Assembly (NCBI GenBank): GCA_038064455.1
Contig: JBBTTB010000004.1
Location: 2,893-66,587, forward strand
DNA length: 63,695 nt
Origin: Patescibacteria group bacterium
GTDB taxonomy: Bacteria; Patescibacteriota; Minisyncoccia; 2-02-FULL-40-12; GWA2-44-9
Direction of reading: 5' to 3'
The notes under the pieces are model-generated. The model was given only the letters and a program-made list of their open reading frames with translations, ran no database searches and had not been told where the DNA came from. Both the position numbers and the translations under genes were made by a program. Of this stretch, positions 1 to 8,290 are shown piece after piece; positions within the stretch are counted from its first letter, which is position 1, and each line of letters begins with the position of its first letter.

Positions 1-265
1 CGTGACACCAACCGTGTCACCAAAAACATCCGTGACACCAACCGTGTCACCAACCGTGTCACCAACCAGCACACCATTGGTGACACCAACACAAAAAACA
101 CCATACAGTACGCCAACTATTTTGGCGTCACCTCGCGTGACACCAACCGTGACGCCTACACCAAGAGTCGTGACACCAACCGTGTCACCAAAAACATCCG
201 TGACACCAACCGTGTCACCAACCAGCACACCATTGGTGACACCGACGCCCTCGGTGACAATGACA
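1..265 (+). repeat. In-frame tandem and block repeats encoding VTPTVSP(KTS)
   Basis: 1-87 recurs at 169-243, lacking one 12-nt unit (AACCGTGTCACC). The core GTGACACCAACCGTGTCAC is repeated several times. Confidence 0.9.
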
Positions 266-823
266 CCAATCACCGCCGAAGGCGGGACCCCGCAAGATGC
301 GGTGGCCGTGACACCTGGGCATACGCCATCGGGCGACGCAGTATTCATATCAGAGATTGCATGGGCGGGGACGCGCCACTCTGCATCCGATGAATGGATT
401 GAGTTGGGGAATGACGGCGACTCCCCCGTGTCTTTAAGTGGCTGGCGCCTGCGGTCTGACGACGGAAGTCCAGATATTGCCCTTTCTGGTACCATTCCCG
501 CTCATGGAAGCTTTCTTATCGAGCGCACAAACGACGATACGCTTCCTAGCGTTACTGCTGATCTTGCAACGAGCTTCGGCCGAGGGGGTATTAAAAATGA
601 TGGGGAGCGGATGGCGCTTATAAGCCCCGATGGAAGCGAAAAAGACGCTGTAAGCTGTGCTTCTGGGTGGTTCGCGGGCGACGCGACAGCTTATGCCTCT
701 ATGGAGCGTATTTCGGGGGCCACGGAAGGCTCCCAAGGCTCTTCGTGGCGTACCTATTCGGGCTCTGGAAATGGGGCTGACGGGGGTGGAAATGTGGTGC
801 TTGGGAGCCCAAAAACAAGGTAA
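2..823 (+). CDS. 5'-truncated surface protein: Thr/Pro/Val/Ser repeat linker followed by a lamin-tail (LTD) domain
   Basis: The frame is open from the window edge. VTPTVSP repeats are followed by LTD motifs VFISEIAWAG, SDEWIEL, SLSGWRL, KNDGE and SMER. Confidence 0.8.
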   Translation: MTPTVSPKTSVTPTVSPTVSPTSTPLVTPTQKTPYSTPTILASPRVTPTVTPTPRVVTPTVSPKTSVTPTVSPTSTPLVTPTPSVTMTPITAEGGTPQDAVAVTPGHTPSGDAVFISEIAWAGTRHSASDEWIELGNDGDSPVSLSGWRLRSDDGSPDIALSGTIPAHGSFLIERTNDDTLPSVTADLATSFGRGGIKNDGERMALISPDGSEKDAVSCASGWFAGDATAYASMERISGATEGSQGSSWRTYSGSGNGADGGGNVVLGSPKTR

Positions 824-848
824 AACGGGCATATCCACACCTTTTCTG

Positions 849-876
849 TTGCTTCCCCTTTTATAAGTTCTATAAT
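849..876 (+). promoter_or_regulatory. Putative sigma70 promoter P1 upstream of the S-layer gene
   Basis: TTGCTT-16 nt-TATAAT. Confidence 0.5.
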
Positions 877-924
877 GAGTGTATTCGCTCCTGAAAACCG
901 TCGGGGACGAATGTCGGGAAAGTG

Positions 925-952
925 TTGACTTTTCTAGCCTTTTTGCTATCAT
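925..952 (+). promoter_or_regulatory. Putative sigma70 promoter P2 (extended -10) upstream of the S-layer gene
   Basis: TTGACT-16 nt-TATCAT, with TG one base before the -10. Confidence 0.7.
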
Positions 953-956
953 TTAA

Positions 957-1463
957 GGCGGTAAGTCTGCCCGAAGCATAGGGAAGCGCACCCGTGGAAC
1001 GCGCAACCTCACGCAATGGGAACTATCTACACATAGCAGGGAAAAACGAGCAACCATAGCCCATGGTTGCGTTTTGCCGTCTGAACCCTCTCCCCTTACA
1101 GTGCCACCCCGGTGACACGTAGCGGGAGGGAGTGCAGAAAGATCGTTGACAACCACGAACGAAAGCAATGGCTAAAGAGATGATTGAGACGAACGGTGCA
1201 TTCCCCATTTTCCATTGCAATGGTTAGCTCGCATTCATAAAAGGTCTTGGCGTCGAAGATTCACTCGAGCCACGTATTCGGTCGAAAGAACGAGTACAAC
1301 GCACCTAGTGGGGATTTATTCCCGTTAGTGTATGAGCAGAATCCATCAAGGCCTCGCCCTCCATAGGGCATCGTTAGTGTTCGTATTACTACCACTGCTC
1401 CCGTATATACTCCACCGTTATGGCGGCGTATGACGTGAAGTGTGGTTCTGAAAGGTTTAAGCC
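957..1463 (+). ncRNA. Candidate long structured 5' leader or cis-regulatory RNA (family not recognised)
   Basis: No credible + strand ORF lies between promoter P2 and ATG 1464. Hairpins seen at 957-971, 1050-1070, 1088-1130, 1274-1297 (GAAA loop), 1305-1328, 1356-1369 and 1402-1435. Confidence 0.5.
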
Positions 1464-4400
1464 ATGTTAACTTCAAAAAACCTTGTGACACTCAAACGAG
1501 TTGTCGCAGGACTCACAACCGTAGCGACAGCATTGTCGTTCACGGGCATGGCGCTGGTTCTTTCCTCTGGTGTAGCGCTCGCAGCCGCAAGGCCTGCAGA
1601 CTACGGTCTTAGGGAAGGAAACACCATCAGCGCTGCTGGATCCTCGGATCCTGATGTGTACATTGTGAATGATCTCGGGTACAAGCGTTTGTTCTTGAAC
1701 CCAGCAATCTTCAACATGTATGGTCACCTTGGCGGTTTCGCCAACGTGAAGACAGTTACACCAGCAACTCGCGATGCATTCGGCACTTCTGGCCTCTTCC
1801 GCAACTGTGAAACAGGCGATCAGAAGGTGTATGGTCTCGATGTGACTGGTGAAGACACCGCGATTCTCCGTTGGGTAAACACCACCGGCGCACAGGCAGT
1901 CGCAGATGACTCGAACTTCTTTGCGAAGGTCTTCTGTATCAACACGAACGAATTCAACTCTTACAACAAGGGTTCTGATTTCACTTCCGTGTTGCAGGTT
2001 CCTGTGTACGTTCGTGGTGGCGTAGCAAGCCCTTCATCCACTCCAGTCTCTGGATCGGTGAACTTCAGCTTAGCTTCGAACAACCCAGCATCAGCAACTC
2101 TCACCACGAATGCACAGGGTGTTGAGTTCCTCCGCTTTAAGGTTATGGGCACAGGCACATTGAGCGAAGTAACGTTCAAGCGCTTGGGCGCAGGTTCGAC
2201 GAATGATTTCGACAACCTGTACGTGTACGATGGTGCACGTCGCTTGACCTCAGGCAAGTCGCTCTCATCTTCCACGGGTGAAGTGACGTTTGCGAACCTT
2301 AACCTCTCGGTAAGCGGTACCAAAGAACTCTCGTTGGTTGGTGATCTTTCAGCAACGGCTGGAAACGTCAACTACTTTGAGTTGAAGGGTGCAATGCTTG
2401 CAAGTGGTTCTGTCGGTGGTTTGCCAGTCACGGGCAACACAATGTCTGTCTCTGGTGCAACCAGCGGTGGTATCACGATGAACAAGGTTGGTTCTATCCC
2501 GAACCCGACGGTTGGTCAGAAGGGCGCACAGATCTCGGAATTCAAGCTTACGGCAAACACCGAAGCAGCTTCCGTGAAGCGCATCACGGTGTTCCAGGGT
2601 GGCACAGTCAAGCCATCGGACATCACGAACATCAAGCTCAAGGCAGGCACGAACGAATGGGCTGGCTCGATGACGAGCGACAGCTATCTCGTGTTTGATC
2701 TTGGTTCTGGTTTCTCGATCGTGAAGGGTGGCGAGCAAGTCTTCAAGGTCTATGCAGATCTTGGCGGCAAGAAGGATGAGGATATAAACCTCTACTTCGA
2801 AAACTCGACCGATATCCTTGCAATCGGCGATCAGTACGGCTTCGGTATGGCCGCAACGATCACTGATATGGACACCGCAGCAGAATCGTTTGACGTAACC
2901 CTTCAGGGTGGCGTTCTCACGATCTCTTCGGGCACACTTGGCTCGGCAAACATTGGTACGGACACATCCGACACCACATTGCTTGAGTACTCAGTGGTTG
3001 CAGCAAGCAACATCGAAGTTCGCAAGACGGAGTTCACGCTCTGTCATGATCCTGCCGGTAATGGTTCTTACGCAAACGCGGCAGACGCCACCAACGGTTG
3101 GGCAGACCTCGATGACTTCAAAGTCACGAACAAGGACACCGGTGTCACCATCATGGGTCCTCAAGATGGTTCTGCCTTCACCACGTCCGATGCCGGCACG
3201 TGTGAAGATGCGGCAACAGGTGCACAGAAGTCCTTTACTGACACCTATGACCTCGTTGCAGGTAAGACCTACAACTTCAAGGTTACCGCAGATATCAAGA
3301 CGGCAAACAGCCGTTCTGGTACGGCGCTCGCAGCTGCTGATGCAATCCAAGTATTCTTGGATAACTTCACAGATGATACTCCTGACATCACTGTCATGAA
3401 GTATGCTGGCACCAACACCGCAGTAGCAGATGCAGACATTGTTCCGCAATCTGATATGGCGGGCCCAGCGTTGACGATCCAGGCCTCTTCCCTCTCATTG
3501 GGTTTGAGCTCTTCAGTCAACGATCAGTCGTTTGTTCGCGGAACCAAGAATGTTGATGCCGTTGGTATCACATTCAAGGCGGCGCAGGCATCGGATCTTA
3601 AGGTCACTGATATTACCCTTACGGGATACATTAGTGATTTGGGCTCGACCTTCTCCGTAGGTTCTGACACTGAAATCACCGTCGCAGACCGCGTCTCGGC
3701 AGTGAAGATCTATGAAGCGGAATCAGGCACACTATTGTCTGGTGCTCCGTCTTCGAACCAGCTCTCCAACACCACTGGTACCGTTACGTTCAACAACTTG
3801 AACTGGAACATTCCAGCGGGCGCAACCAAGACCCTTTTGGTTCGCGTAGACTTGGGCAGTAACCCAACCAGCGCTTCTGGTAGCGACTACTTCGCGTTCG
3901 ATATCAACGCAACATCTGACGTCACCGCATTGGACAGCTCGTCCCGTACGGTCAACGCAGGTACTGCAGATCCGAACGGTGCGACGACTCCGTCAACGGT
4001 AGTAACCGTCATGAACTCTGGTTCATTGGCAGTTGCGCTCAACACGGCTGACTCACCACAGAAGCACTCCGTCTACTGGGGCCAGACAGGTGATGTGGCA
4101 GGCGTATGGCGCTTCACAGCGACCAACGAAGCCCAGTACCTCGAAAAGGTCCAGTTTGGTGAAGATGATATTGGTGGCACACAAGAGACCGACTTCGCAA
4201 CGAACTCGAAGTTGGTACACATCCAGTATAAGAACAAGGCTGGCACCATGCTTACTAAGTCTGGTACGGTCAGTTCTGCTGGTACGGTATCCTTTGGCTT
4301 CTCTGGCGAAGATCGCCCGTACGTACCAAAGGACAGCTCCCTTGACATGAAAGTGATGGTGGATTACAAGACCAAGGCTGAAGGTGCAACCTCCGGCAAG

Positions 4401-5105
4401 GTCTGGGATCTCGCCTTCATTGGTGACTCGGGTACTGGCACCGATACGTTTAAGGCAGTCGGTGAAGGTTCTGGCGTTGTCCTTCAGGGCGACAGCACAG
4501 GTATCGCGGACAGCGACTTGGCAGATGCCAGTCGCAACACGCGTATCTACCGCGTGTTCCCAGAATTCGCACTTGTTGCTCCAACGGCAACGAAGCTCTC
4601 AACGGTTGATCCAGTCTTGACCTTTACCATCACGGCAAAAGGTCTCTCGGATTCCCGCTTGTTCTTCGATAACACCGCGGTTGCATCGGGTTCGATTAAA
4701 TTCGACACCGTTGCATCAGGTGTTGGTCTCACTGCAGATCCGGCATTCACCGTTCGCGATGAAGTCGGAACGATTGTTGACTCAAGTACGATCACGAATG
4801 CTACAAACCCATCCGTGGGCGCGAGCTTGACGATCGACTTCACGAGCTTGGATATTGAAGTAACGGGCGGAACCTCGAAGACCCTCAAGGTCTACTTGGA
4901 CTCCATCACGGACTTCAACACGCCGACCAACACCAGTTCTGGCGTTGCATCGGACTACTTCCAAATCGTATTGCGTGACAACGAGAATAGCTTAATTCAG
5001 TGGGTTGATAACTCAACGAACGCATCTTCGGATGCTGACGTTGCGTCAACGCAAGGCTTCTTGCGCAACCTGCCGATGAGTGGCTATCAGTTCACCGCGC
5101 AGTAA
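1464..5105 (+). CDS. Large secreted S-layer-like/major surface protein, 1213 aa
   Basis: It has an N-terminal signal peptide (ends ...GVALA) and Ser/Thr/Gly/Ala-rich repeated beta-rich modules. Codon bias is strong and high-expression type (TTC, AAC, ATC, GGT), and the gene has its own promoters and terminator. Confidence 0.8.
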   Translation: MLTSKNLVTLKRVVAGLTTVATALSFTGMALVLSSGVALAAARPADYGLREGNTISAAGSSDPDVYIVNDLGYKRLFLNPAIFNMYGHLGGFANVKTVTPATRDAFGTSGLFRNCETGDQKVYGLDVTGEDTAILRWVNTTGAQAVADDSNFFAKVFCINTNEFNSYNKGSDFTSVLQVPVYVRGGVASPSSTPVSGSVNFSLASNNPASATLTTNAQGVEFLRFKVMGTGTLSEVTFKRLGAGSTNDFDNLYVYDGARRLTSGKSLSSSTGEVTFANLNLSVSGTKELSLVGDLSATAGNVNYFELKGAMLASGSVGGLPVTGNTMSVSGATSGGITMNKVGSIPNPTVGQKGAQISEFKLTANTEAASVKRITVFQGGTVKPSDITNIKLKAGTNEWAGSMTSDSYLVFDLGSGFSIVKGGEQVFKVYADLGGKKDEDINLYFENSTDILAIGDQYGFGMAATITDMDTAAESFDVTLQGGVLTISSGTLGSANIGTDTSDTTLLEYSVVAASNIEVRKTEFTLCHDPAGNGSYANAADATNGWADLDDFKVTNKDTGVTIMGPQDGSAFTTSDAGTCEDAATGAQKSFTDTYDLVAGKTYNFKVTADIKTANSRSGTALAAADAIQVFLDNFTDDTPDITVMKYAGTNTAVADADIVPQSDMAGPALTIQASSLSLGLSSSVNDQSFVRGTKNVDAVGITFKAAQASDLKVTDITLTGYISDLGSTFSVGSDTEITVADRVSAVKIYEAESGTLLSGAPSSNQLSNTTGTVTFNNLNWNIPAGATKTLLVRVDLGSNPTSASGSDYFAFDINATSDVTALDSSSRTVNAGTADPNGATTPSTVVTVMNSGSLAVALNTADSPQKHSVYWGQTGDVAGVWRFTATNEAQYLEKVQFGEDDIGGTQETDFATNSKLVHIQYKNKAGTMLTKSGTVSSAGTVSFGFSGEDRPYVPKDSSLDMKVMVDYKTKAEGATSGKVWDLAFIGDSGTGTDTFKAVGEGSGVVLQGDSTGIADSDLADASRNTRIYRVFPEFALVAPTATKLSTVDPVLTFTITAKGLSDSRLFFDNTAVASGSIKFDTVASGVGLTADPAFTVRDEVGTIVDSSTITNATNPSVGASLTIDFTSLDIEVTGGTSKTLKVYLDSITDFNTPTNTSSGVASDYFQIVLRDNENSLIQWVDNSTNASSDADVASTQGFLRNLPMSGYQFTAQ

Positions 5106-5143
5106 TCTGAATTGAGCGCTCGTAAGAGCACTCTGAAGAAGCC

Positions 5144-5175
5144 AACCCCGCCCGAAAGGGCGGGGTTTGGTTTTG
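5144..5175 (+). terminator. Intrinsic terminator after the S-layer gene
   Basis: AACCCCGCCC-GAAA-GGGCGGGGTT followed by TGGTTTTGTT; preceded by a second hairpin at 5114-5133 (GTAA loop). Confidence 0.85.
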
Positions 5176-5204
5176 TTGCATCGAGGTGTGTCTTTGCATA
5201 GAAT
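5176..5204 (+). promoter_or_regulatory. Putative promoter for a leaderless mRNA
   Basis: TTGCAT-17-TAGAAT, 6 nt before ATG 5211. Confidence 0.6.
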
Positions 5205-5210
5205 GGCGAT

Positions 5211-6482
5211 ATGCACAAAAAGCTTCTCATGGGCGTTGGTGGTTTTGCGGTACTCGTTGCCGCGGTTTTTATGGTGGGTCCCGTGCGTATTGCGTATTGG
5301 GCTGGGTATCGCGTGCCTGAACCAACGCCAATCCCCGCCGATGGTTCTGCTGATTTTCTGACGCTTCCTCAATCTTTGGGCGCCCGTGCATTTGCACAAG
5401 GGCTTGAAGGGCCACGCGTGATCGTCTTTGACCCACGCGGGCGCATGGTGGTGAGCGAGATGGAGGCGGGTCGCATTACGCGCCTTGATGACGCAAACCG
5501 TGACGGGAGCGCTGAATCACGTGTGGTACTTATGGCCGGCCTCACAAACCCCCATGGAATTGCGTTCTACACCGATGATGCAAAGCGTACCTACATATAC
5601 ATTGCAGAAGAGCGTGGCGTGTGGCGCTATCCCTATGATCTTGCAACGGGAAGTATTACCAATACGGCAAAGCGTGAGCAGACCATGTCGTTTCCAGCTG
5701 GTGGAAGGCACGTTACGCGCACGATCGCCTTTGGTCCAAAGCTGCGCAAAAATGAAATTGTAAGCGGGCCCGGTGCGCCAAAACTTGCGGGTTTTTTGAG
5801 TGATATAAAACTCTATGCAACAGTAGGGTCTTCATGTGACGTATGCGTTGAAGAAGAAACGTGGAAATATGGGTCATTACTGGAATCAGATCCAGAGGGC
5901 ACCTACACCGCAGAGTTCGGCGGAGGCTTGCGGAACACGGTCTTTTTTACCTTCCACCCAACTACTAAAGAAATCTGGGGCACAGATATGGGTCGCGATA
6001 GCTTAGGAGATAATCTCCCACCCGATGAAGTAAACATCATTCGTTCAGAGCAGAGTTATGGGTGGCCGTTCTGCTATGGCGATCGAGTACGAGATACAAA
6101 GTTCAACCCAGGCTCTTTTTCCCGTACTGATATCCAAACAGATTGTGCTAAAACAATTCCTGCAACGATCGAACTTCCTGCACATTCAGCACCTTTAGGC
6201 ATTGCGTTTGTGCCCACCAAGGGGTGGGGTTCGTTGGGCGGGCAGTTGCTCGTGGCATATCATGGCTCTTGGAACCGAAGCACGCCGACGGGGTATAAAG
6301 TGGTGCGATTTTCCGTAGATGCAAAAGGGAACGTAACTGATTCAGGTGACTTTATCACAGGGTGGCTTCAAGATGGAAAGCTCTTTGGTCGCCCAGTTGA
6401 TCTGAAATTTGGCCCCGATGGGGCGTTGTATATCTCTGATGATTCAGCTGGCGCCATCTGGCGCATTGCCCCACAATCATGA
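5211..6482 (+). CDS. PQQ-dependent sugar dehydrogenase (glucose/sorbosone dehydrogenase, beta-propeller) family, membrane-anchored
   Basis: N-terminal hydrophobic anchor; motifs GLEGPR, PHGIAF, GGRHVTR, GLRNT, GTDMGRD, YGWPFCYG, HSAPLG, HGSWN, GRPVD. Confidence 0.85.
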   Translation: MHKKLLMGVGGFAVLVAAVFMVGPVRIAYWAGYRVPEPTPIPADGSADFLTLPQSLGARAFAQGLEGPRVIVFDPRGRMVVSEMEAGRITRLDDANRDGSAESRVVLMAGLTNPHGIAFYTDDAKRTYIYIAEERGVWRYPYDLATGSITNTAKREQTMSFPAGGRHVTRTIAFGPKLRKNEIVSGPGAPKLAGFLSDIKLYATVGSSCDVCVEEETWKYGSLLESDPEGTYTAEFGGGLRNTVFFTFHPTTKEIWGTDMGRDSLGDNLPPDEVNIIRSEQSYGWPFCYGDRVRDTKFNPGSFSRTDIQTDCAKTIPATIELPAHSAPLGIAFVPTKGWGSLGGQLLVAYHGSWNRSTPTGYKVVRFSVDAKGNVTDSGDFITGWLQDGKLFGRPVDLKFGPDGALYISDDSAGAIWRIAPQS

Positions 6483-8248
6483 TGTCGTTCCGTCAGCGCA
6501 TGGGTGTGTATGTAGTTGGCGCGCTCCTTGGTGCGGCGATGTTGGTTCCCTTGGTTCCTGATGCGGATACATGGTTTCACGTACGTATCGGTGAAGAGCT
6601 ACTGACACACGGGTCATTCCTACGCACCGAAGTATTCTCTTTTACGCAGCTCGATACGCCGTGGGAGAACCACGAGTGGTTATTCCAAGTTATAGCGGCG
6701 TTTGTCTGGCGCGTAGGTGAGTGGCCTCTCTTGGCGTGGTTCTCTGCGCTCTGTGGCGTCACGGCACTTGCGCTCTCGTGGCGTGGCGGGCGATTGTCCG
6801 GCCACGCAGTTTTCTTTTTCGTGCTGGTTGCTGGCGCACTTTCTCCTTTCATCACTCCCCGCCCACAGCTTTTTGCGTATCTAGGACTGGCCGGTATGTT
6901 GTTGGTACTAGAGCGGCTGCTTATGCGTCCGTCATGGCGTTCGGGCGCATTGCTCGCGGGGGTGCTTCTCTTTTGGGCAAATACACACGCTTCCATTATT
7001 TTGGCGCTTGGTGTAGGCGCGGCTTATCTTCTCGATGCGGTGTGGGGGAATCTATCGCATGTATCCCCGACTATTAAAAAGATATTAGCATCATCTCTTG
7101 GCGCTGGATTTTTAGTGACGCTCGTAAATCCGTTAGGGCTTTCGATCTACACATACGCCCTCCAGCCATTTAGGAATACCGAAGTGTTTGCAGCGCTGTT
7201 AGAGACAATGCCGCTTACTGCCCATATGGGCACAAGTCAGGGGCTCTTTATTCTCGTGATGCATCTCGTGTTGGGGGCGCTTGCGCTCTGGTATGCTATG
7301 CGTCTTGATGTACGCACTTTCCGGACTCTAGGACTTACGGTTGGTTTTTGGCTCATGCCGTGGATATCTATGAAGTACATACCCTTTGCGTGGATGGTGT
7401 TATTGCCCATGGCATCGCGTGCGCTTTCACGCATGCGTATTTCGGTGCGATGGGAATGGGCGTGCGCTGTGTTTGCGGTGGGCGCAGTATTCTTTTTTGG
7501 ATGGCGAGCGGGAGCGGGGTTACGAGACCCCTATGCGGTGTGGCCACAAGATCTTATGCGTTTTATAGATACACACATTTCTGCGGAAGTTCACATGTAT
7601 CACACGATGACATGGGGGAATTATATACTCGCGCACTATCCGGAGCGCAAAGTCTTTCTATGGGGCGGGTGTGAATGTTTCTATGACGGTGTATTTCAAG
7701 ATTCTGTAGCTTTTGCGAAAGGTGAGCGTGTTGATGAGATACAAGAAAGGTACCACTTCACGGTTGCGCTTGTGCGCCCGTGGGAATCACTCGCCTACAT
7801 GCTTTCGACACAGCCAGATTGGGCGCTTATCTATTGGGATAATTTTGGCATGATCTTTGTGAAGCGCACCGCAGAGCACGTATCACTCATAGCGCAGTAT
7901 GAGCTTCCCATCACCCACATAAATGACACTACCGACGCGACGCTTCGCAAGGTTCCTGAAGCTCGCATTCCTGCGCTCTTGAGCGGGTATACACAAGCGA
8001 TAGAGCGCGCGCCCGGTGTCGTATTGCCTCGCATGCGCTTGGGAATGTTCTTTCAAGCCCTGGGGCGCTGTGATCTTGCTCGAGATACGTGGCTGCCACT
8101 CACCGGAGCGAGTATTGCGCGCGGTATCGCATATCGGAAGCTTGCAGAGTGCTACGAAACTCTTGGGGATATACCTGCGCATGACTATGCTCAAAGAATG
8201 GCTCACAAACATGCCGGGCAAAGCGCGCTTTGGTTAGGGCGTCCTTAG
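6479..8248 (+). CDS. Polytopic membrane protein, probable GT-C-fold glycosyltransferase, with a C-terminal TPR-like region
   Basis: About 11-13 hydrophobic segments; first loop DTWFHVRIGE; PRPQLF, WANTH, NPLG motifs; paralog of 12390..13859. Confidence 0.6.
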   Translation: MMSFRQRMGVYVVGALLGAAMLVPLVPDADTWFHVRIGEELLTHGSFLRTEVFSFTQLDTPWENHEWLFQVIAAFVWRVGEWPLLAWFSALCGVTALALSWRGGRLSGHAVFFFVLVAGALSPFITPRPQLFAYLGLAGMLLVLERLLMRPSWRSGALLAGVLLFWANTHASIILALGVGAAYLLDAVWGNLSHVSPTIKKILASSLGAGFLVTLVNPLGLSIYTYALQPFRNTEVFAALLETMPLTAHMGTSQGLFILVMHLVLGALALWYAMRLDVRTFRTLGLTVGFWLMPWISMKYIPFAWMVLLPMASRALSRMRISVRWEWACAVFAVGAVFFFGWRAGAGLRDPYAVWPQDLMRFIDTHISAEVHMYHTMTWGNYILAHYPERKVFLWGGCECFYDGVFQDSVAFAKGERVDEIQERYHFTVALVRPWESLAYMLSTQPDWALIYWDNFGMIFVKRTAEHVSLIAQYELPITHINDTTDATLRKVPEARIPALLSGYTQAIERAPGVVLPRMRLGMFFQALGRCDLARDTWLPLTGASIARGIAYRKLAECYETLGDIPAHDYAQRMAHKHAGQSALWLGRP

Positions 8249-8250
8249 GA

Positions 8251-8279
8251 TTGCGCTGTTACGCTTCCCTTGGCATACT
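8251..8279 (+). promoter_or_regulatory. Putative promoter
   Basis: TTGCGC-17-CATACT with extended TG; favours ATG 8291 over TTG 8270 as the start. Confidence 0.4.
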
Positions 8280-8290
8280 TATCGTTACGT

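Noticed and set aside
1-265. CRISPR array (short palindromic repeats)
   Set aside because: The units are multiples of 3 within a coding frame, there are no unique regular spacers, and no cas genes are adjacent.
434-952. 172-aa minus-strand ORF, and the minus ORFs at 953-1491
   Set aside because: They are shadows of the LTD gene, promoter and leader region, with no recognisable motifs or start signals.
957-1463. RNase P RNA, tmRNA, SRP RNA or c-di-GMP/c-di-AMP riboswitch
   Set aside because: I could not find their hallmark sequences (e.g. GAGGAAAGUCC, a tRNA-like end with CCA, the SRP loop). A covariance search is still needed.
1473-5046. Many antisense ORFs within the S-layer gene
   Set aside because: Expected by-product of strong codon bias; no independent features.
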